Source: Trichodelitschia bisporula
Taxonomy: Eukaryota
DNA length: 64,000 nucleotides
NCBI GenBank assembly: GCA_010356995.1
Contig: ML996708.1
Span: 372,001-436,000, forward strand
Direction: 5' to 3'
Shown here: piece by piece, positions 57,878 to 64,000 of the stretch
Numbering within the stretch: position 1 is the stretch's first letter
How the letters are laid out: each line of letters starts with the position of its first letter
Translations under genes and position numbers: made by a program
The notes under the pieces: generated by a model
What the model saw: the letters and a program-made list of their open reading frames with translations, nothing else
What the model was told of the DNA's origin: nothing
Database searches by the model: none

Positions 57878-59658
57878 ATGGGGATGTTCGGAAAGCTTAG
57901 ACGCGGTTCTCGCGCACTAGAGCCCATAGCGTCCAGTGAGGAGGTTGTTTCCGAAGGGGAACGGCTCGAAGAGAAGGATATCGTCGATGGCCCGGTTAAG
58001 TACCTCACGTTCCGTGTCTTCGTCATGGGCATAGTAGTATCTTTTGGAGGTGAGTGATTGATTGAAACTTCGGATGCAGCCGCTGACCTTTAGGAATGAT
58101 ATTCGGCTTTGACACTGGCCAAATATCCGGCTTTTTGGAGATGTCAGACTTCTTGAACAGATTTGGCGACAAGCAAGGCCCAAATGGTCGTAAGGCGTTT
58201 AGTAATGCTCGGTCAGGGACCATTGTGGCACTGGTAAGGTTCAACCAGTACCGACGATGACCATGTCTTAGTTCTAATGTGTATAGCTCTCCATCGGCGC
58301 TCTACTGGGTGCAATCATCGCCGCTCCTATCGCTGACCGCATGGGCCGCCGCTTCTCAATCTTCCTCGCGGCAATCATCTTCTGTGCCGGACTCATCGTC
58401 CAGATCACCACCATCAGCCACTGGTATCAAATTGCCATTGGAAGATGGGTGGCCGGATTCGGCGTCGGAGCCCTCAGCGTTCTCGTCCCCATGTATCAGT
58501 CAGAAACAGCACCGAAGCAAGTTCGCGGTGCTCTCGTCTCCTGCTATCAGCTATTCATTACCCTCGGTATCCTGACAGCCTACTGTATCAACTTCGGAAC
58601 GCATAACATCGAGAACGCTAGCTCGTGGCGGATCACCATGGGCATCGCCTTCATCTCGCCGGCCATCATCGCTTTCGGTATCCTCTTCCTGCCAGAGTCA
58701 CCTCGCTGGGAAGTCCGCAAGGGAAATCTGACCCGTGCCAGGACCGCCATTTCCAAATCGTACGGTGTGCCCGAGAACCACCGCGTGGTCGAGGAAGAAG
58801 TCTGGGAGATAAGAGACAAACTCGCTGCCGAAACGCAGGGCACGAAGATGGAGAAGCTGAAGGACATTGTCAAGGGCCCGCGGATGCTGTACCGTCTCGT
58901 TCTCGGCATGTCCATGCAGGCGCTGCAGCAGCTCAGCGGTGTAAACTTCTTCTTCTACTACGGCACATCGATATTCTCCTCCGTCGGCCTTACGAATCCG
59001 TATGCGACAAGCATCATCCTCGGTGGAGTCAACTTTGGCTCCTCTTTTCTCGGGTATGGTCTCACCCTTCCCTCTGGGAATCATTAACTAATTCCGTAGT
59101 CTTTACATCGTCGAGCACTTCGGCCGCCGCAAATGCCTCATCTACGGCGCCCTCTGGATGTTCATGTGCTTCATGATCTTCGCCAGCGTCGGGCACTTCG
59201 CCCTCGACATGACCACCCCCTCCAACACCCCCGGCTCGGGCATTGCCATGATCGTCTTCGCATGCTTCTTCATCGCCGCCTTCGCCATGACCTGGGGTCC
59301 CATAACCTGGGCCGTCGTCGGCGAATTATACCCCTCACGCAGCCGCGCCATCTGCATGGGTGTCGCGACGGCGAGTAACTGGACCTCGAATTTCTTGATT
59401 GCGTTTTTCACGCCCTTTGTTACGGCGAGGATTGATTTCGCGTATGGGTATGTGTTTGCGGGGTTCTGTGCTGCGGCGGCGGTGGTGGTGTGGTGTTTCC
59501 TGTGTGAGAGTCAGGGGAGGAGTTTGGAGGAGATTGATACGATGTATGTGGAGAGGGTGGTGCCGTGGAAGAGTGCGAAATGGCAGGCGCCTAGGCCGGT
59601 GGTGGTGAGGGGGGAGAGGAAGGCTGAGGAGGGTGGTTTGAAGGATGGGGAGTTGTAG
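57878..59658 (+). CDS. MFS sugar porter (HXT-like hexose transporter); 4 exons
   Basis: FGGMIFGFDTGQISGF; DRMGRR; VPMYQSETAP; PESPRW; LQQLSGVNFFFYYG; WGPITW; ESQGRSLEEID; three canonical introns. Confidence 0.95.
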
Positions 59659-59808
59659 TTCTGGACTTTTGAACACATTGCTAGGCGTTGGGTCTGCACA
59701 AGGAGTTTAGGGAGCGTATGGAGCTAAAGGAATCCGTAGAAAAATTCTATACTATCATGCTACAAAGGGTATTCTATCATCCTTGAACTCCAGTTATGCT
59801 TGAAGCGC

Positions 59809-62800
59809 TCATTCCGAGTCGCTATCGATGACGAACCCTCCGCGCACCTTCCTCGGGGCAGGGCGCGACGGGAGCGCCTCCTCGATGGTGTCGTCATCGT
59901 CATCCTCAACGTCTACCAGGTCTAACATCTCGATATCGGCAGGCTTCTCCTTACTCGCTGCCTTGCCCGATGCTGTCTGCGGACGGGATGACAGCGGCGT
60001 GTCTGTAGTCTCCGCATCGACCTCCATCCGCGCAGGCTCCTCTGCTTCCTCCTCGGACTCGCTATCGCTGCTCAATACCACCGGGGTTGCCCTTTTCCGC
60101 CCCACCGTCCGATCCGTCTCATCCTCATCCTCACTGCTCAACACCACTGGCGTAGCATTTTTCCTCCGCCCCGTCCCATCAGTCTCATCCTCACTACTCA
60201 ACACAACCGTCTCCTTCTCCGCCCCCGCCACAGCATCATCATCATCATCATCAGGCCCACTAATCGCCCTCTTCTTCCTACTGCCCCCCTTACTCTGCGC
60301 CTTCCTCTTCTTCCTCGTCCCCCCCACCATCCCCTCCACCGCCAGCCCCGCCGCAAGCGCCGCATGCCTCCCCGCCGTCCTATTCCTCATCGCCTCCTCC
60401 CTTTCAAAAAACTCCTTATCCCGCTCCTCATCACTCCCCTCATCCGAATCACGCACATACAACGCGGACTTAATCCTACCCTTCCGCTCCTCCTCCGCCT
60501 TCCTCCTCGCCTCCCGCCGCGCATCCACCACCGCGTCATCCGGTTCCCCTTCCTTGCTCTTCCGCTTCCGGATCGTTTTCTTCTTATTTGGTTCCCCGTC
60601 CGCTTTCCGCGCCGTCGGGCCCCCGTCGGGGAATAAGTCCCCCTCCGAGCCCGATTCCTCGTCTGTGGAGAGCTCGGAGGGACGCCGGCGCCGGGGCGCG
60701 GGCTTGCGCCGAAGGTAGGAGGCGAGGCTGGCTTCGGCCAAATCGCCCGGTCCTTGGGCTAGGGCGGTGGTGAGAGATTCGAGGGTGGAGGTTAGGGTTG
60801 CGGGGTCGAGGGCGGCGGGGATGAACCACTTGCTGTCTTCGATGTAGGCGGAGTCACGGTCGAGGCCGAGGAGGGTGAGGAGGAGGTGCAGTTTTGTGTC
60901 GGTTTGGAGGGCGGTGGGGGGGAGGGAGGTTGAGGAGGGGGGGGTGGGGAGGTAGATTGGTGGGAATGGGGGGGTGGGTTCGGCAGCGGGTTGAGCGGCG
61001 GGTTGAGCGGGTTCGGTGGATGCTTCTGCGCCGGGTTCTGCGTTGGGGTCTGCACCGGGCTCCGCGCCAGGTTCGGCACCGGGTTCGGTGGTGGGGACGG
61101 CGTCTGGATCCGCGGAAGGGATTGCGGCGGCTGCGACGGCTTTGCGCGCCACTTCGGCGGCTTGCCAGGCTTCGCGCTCTTCCTTTGCCTTTTCCAGCTC
61201 TGCCTTGAGCCAGGTGACCATATCCGTTTTCTGCTCCTCAGCGAGGAGGCCGACAATAACGGCAAACTGCTGCTTACGATCAAGGCCAGGCTTAAAATCC
61301 ATCGGAGCCGGTTGGCGAGGCGTGCGCTCGGGATGGACCTTGTCGAAGCCGTTCTCGAGGTAGAACATCGTATTCGGGATCTTACTGAAGAGCATCTCGA
61401 CCATGAGCCCCGGCGTGTCCTGCAGCTTCTTAATCAGCCGCCGGAAGAGCTGCTTGGTCAATTCCTCCCACTCCCTGAATGCCGGTGACTCGCGATCTAG
61501 GGGCTCTGGTCCCTTGATCATCTTCTGGAAGAGCTGGATGATGTCGACACGGTAGAGGAGTACGCAGAGTTCGTTTTTGAAGGCGACGCGGTAGAAGAAG
61601 CGATGTGCTCGCTTGAGCTGCTCTTTGCTTAGGTCGTTGTAGTACCGCGTAAAGGCAACGAATGTGTCGACTGAAGCCTGCGTCGTGAACCGCGCGGCGA
61701 AGCGCGTGAAATCGAACTTGCGTTCCCGCGATGTGCGCTCTGCTGCCTCGCGGTCGCCGGCCTCGTCATTCCCCTCCTCGGTGCTGGGGTTATCCTTCTT
61801 CGCAGCCTTGCGCGTGCGGCGCTTAGACCGGATCTGCAGGTCGGCGTTCTGCTTAGAGTAGTTCTCAAGCATGCGGATGAAGACGTGCGCGAGCTCGGTG
61901 CAGGCGTCAAGGTAGCCGTAGCCTTGCGCCTTGTAGGAGCGCAGAATGCCGATTACCCGGTCATGTGTGACTTCTTCGTAGAAGATGCGGTTCTGGAAGT
62001 TCTCTGCGATTTCTTGGTCCTCGTCCAGGGGTGATTCGGCCATTTCTTGGACTGTGAGCAGAATCTGCGTGAAGCAGCGCATGCCTGCGGCGAGAGGTTT
62101 CCAGGACTTGTCGTCTTGGTACCGCTGCATGAAGCGGTTCAGTAGAACGAAGGTCTCCTGGTTGAGGACCGTAGCGACTAGGCCAAAGCTCTCGTCCATG
62201 GCATTGGCGAGGTCGGCTCCGCTCTTGCGCTTCGCTTCGCGGCTCTGCTTTATGCGGGCGCGGCGTGCGTGTTCAGCACGGAGGAACCAGGCAATAAGGT
62301 AGAAGTACTGCATGGGATGGGTTTCCAAAAGCACTCGGTCGTCTTCTCGCTCCAAGGTTTTTCTCAGGTGCGTGAAGAGAGGATTGAAGGAGGAATCGAG
62401 GAATTCCTCCACGAACCGCCGAAGATGGCGCCGAGCCGATGAGTCCAGCGTAGTAGCCTTGTCAAACTCAAGGGCCTCCTTCTCCACCACAATCTTGCCA
62501 CGGTTTTGCGGTTTGTTCCACTTTTTGCTCTTGTCCATCTGCTCGTAGCCCTGTTCCGGTCCAGCAAGTGCTGCTTGCCCGCTGACGGATGCCATTTGCC
62601 CGTCGCCCTTCTTGATCCACATCATTGTACCGAATCGGTTGTGCCTTGTAGGGGCATGGCGAGACTGGCTGGCAAGCATGGCTTTCTCCTTCTGCATCAG
62701 CTCGCGGAGCTCGTTTGAGCGATGGTTGACGAGGGTCTGTTCCTCCATGAATAGCTTTTCTGGATCGACACCCTTGACGAGATGGAAGAGGATCTCCAGG

Positions 62801-63617
62801 ACGGTCACATCCTGAATGGAAAATTCGTCACCCATGCTGGAGGACATGGCAAGGAGCAGTTGGAAGATGTCCTGGGAGTGAAAAGCCTCGACGACAACGG
62901 AGCGCGCAATTTCCGACTCCTCTCCATTACTCGGTAAGTCCTTGGGCTGCTCTATCATTGTGGCGTTTCGGAGGAAGAAGAGGAGCAGGCGTATGATGCC
63001 GTCGTCACGGTCGCTCCGCTCGTTGCGGGGTACCGCCATGGACGGCAAGGCGATTCTAGCAGCAGTCCGCAGTATTTTGGCAGTATCATGGTGTAGGATT
63101 GCTCTCTTGTATTCGACTTGAGCGAGTTTGAGGTACGGGAGATGGCGATGGTGGTTCGTCTTCATTTGGTCGTCCTCGATTTCGAAGGGCCAGGTGAGAG
63201 GCACCATAAGTTCCACTTCGACAGTCAGTATCCTCGCCTTTGTGTACCTGGATCCACCTACAGCAAGCCAGCGCAATCTTGGACTTCAATCTGTCCTCCG
63301 TCTTAGCCTCCGGCCACCCCGCTAGTATCTCCAGCAAGTCGCCCTTGAGTAGGTTGGACTCCGCGAGCACCCGCTGCACGTCGAGCCGGTTGAGCTTCTG
63401 GTCATAAAATCTGATCCATCTTCGCAAGTCTTTCAAACAGGCCAAGGCGTCGTCACCGAGAACATATCGGCCATGCTCCTCGATACTAGTTCCACCGAGC
63501 TGCGGGGATCAGCAAACGTCTAGGAATGAGAGCAAAACGTACAGCAGTGACCAGGCTGGTGACATAAGCTCGCACCTCTGGGTCTACGACCTGAGGAGTA
63601 AGCTCATCAAGATCCAT
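59809..63617 (-). CDS. TOF1: Replication fork protection complex subunit Tof1/Swi1/Timeless; 3 exons
   Basis: Exon 1 MDLDELTPQVVDPEVRAYVTSLVTA, then LGG..YVLGDDALACLKDLRRWIRFYD; ELMVPLTWP; PTRHNRFGT; FLDSSFNPLF; IKSALYV. Confidence 0.95.
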
Positions 63618-63707
63618 GATGACTCAGTGTAAATTCGTCGCAGCGTCGAACTCAATCCATCGTCAACGGGCCTGCGATATTGGTTTTCCAAGACACGAAA
63701 CGCGCAG

Positions 63708-63738
63708 ACGCGTGTTCCCTGTCCGCGCGCCAACGCGT
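63708..63738. promoter_or_regulatory. Paired MCB elements (ACGCGT at 63708-63713 and 63733-63738) in the TOF1 promoter
   Basis: Two perfect MluI boxes 90-120 bp upstream of the TOF1 ATG with extra CGCG cores nearby; yeast TOF1 is a G1/S MBF target. Confidence 0.6.
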
Positions 63739-63918
63739 CTCGGCTTGCGCCGGGCTTCGGTGGCATCCCTGCATCCGAGCAAACCCCGCTCGGGCCGAAC
63801 CTCCTTCAGATGTGATCGTCATTGCCGGCTTCCACTGCATTTCGCGTTCGTCCGAATACTAAGGTAGCCACTCCTTCTGAATCCCCGCCCTTTCTTGTTG
63901 CCCTTAATTCGCCCCAAA

Positions 63919-64000
63919 ATGTCCTTCTCACGTTCCTCCAGCCGCCTCGCCGGCCAATGCTTGCGTCAGCAATGCCGCCAGTTCAGCGCAACTCCCGGTG
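63919..64000 (+). CDS. Start of a probable mitochondrial protein (presequence only; truncated by the window end)
   Basis: AAAATG start; MSFSRSSSRLAGQCLRQQCRQFSATPG is Arg/Ser-rich, lacks acidic residues and has an RxFS cleavage-like motif. Confidence 0.6.
   Translation, partial: MSFSRSSSRLAGQCLRQQCRQFSATPG

Noticed and set aside
49607..59658. Pectin-utilisation cluster (GH28 plus sugar transporter)
   Set aside because: The genes are separated by NMD5 and about 6.7 kb, the transporter looks HXT-like, and I saw no shared TCCNCCAAT-type element.
1..64000. Cluster of mitochondrial genes, secondary-metabolite cluster, transposons, RIP-degraded repeats, tRNA or rRNA genes
   Set aside because: Mitochondrial genes are scattered among unrelated ones; no PKS/NRPS, transposase or RT motifs, AT-rich blocks, terminal repeats or tRNA/rRNA signatures were found by eye.

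Overview
Gene-dense, GC-rich chromosomal window from a filamentous ascomycete (Pezizomycotina). Evidence: short 41-84 nt GT-AG introns with CTRAC branch points and fungal gene families. I can support about 30 protein-coding loci. Most are housekeeping genes: enoyl-CoA hydratase (5'-truncated), OXLD1-like, DPM3 (missed by the ORF track), SmgGDS-like ARM protein, metallo-beta-lactamase hydrolase, PTH11-like membrane protein, ROG1-like lipase, SCI1-like protein, F-box/LRR-like protein, DEF1, SAM50, UBC6, YIP1, CYC3, an RBR E3 ligase, a GH28 (rgxB-like) hydrolase, NMD5, a hexose transporter and TOF1. I found no tRNA, rRNA, transposon or CRISPR array. The most notable observations are: (i) a chimeric gene joining a HeLo-like N-terminal domain to an apparent Osh1-derived ankyrin-PH fragment, with CTG where the start ATG is expected; (ii) a probable unrecognised CENP-P/Ctf19 kinetochore gene with G1/S promoter motifs; (iii) a ~1,900-aa repeat-built membrane protein of unknown family spanning an assembly gap; (iv) a pervasive C-block then G-block strand-skew pattern; (v) a hidden MSCCCF first exon on the F-box-like gene; and (vi) triplicated SIM-like motifs in the Tof1 tail. 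Gene models were spliced by hand and family assignments come from recalled motifs, not database searches.
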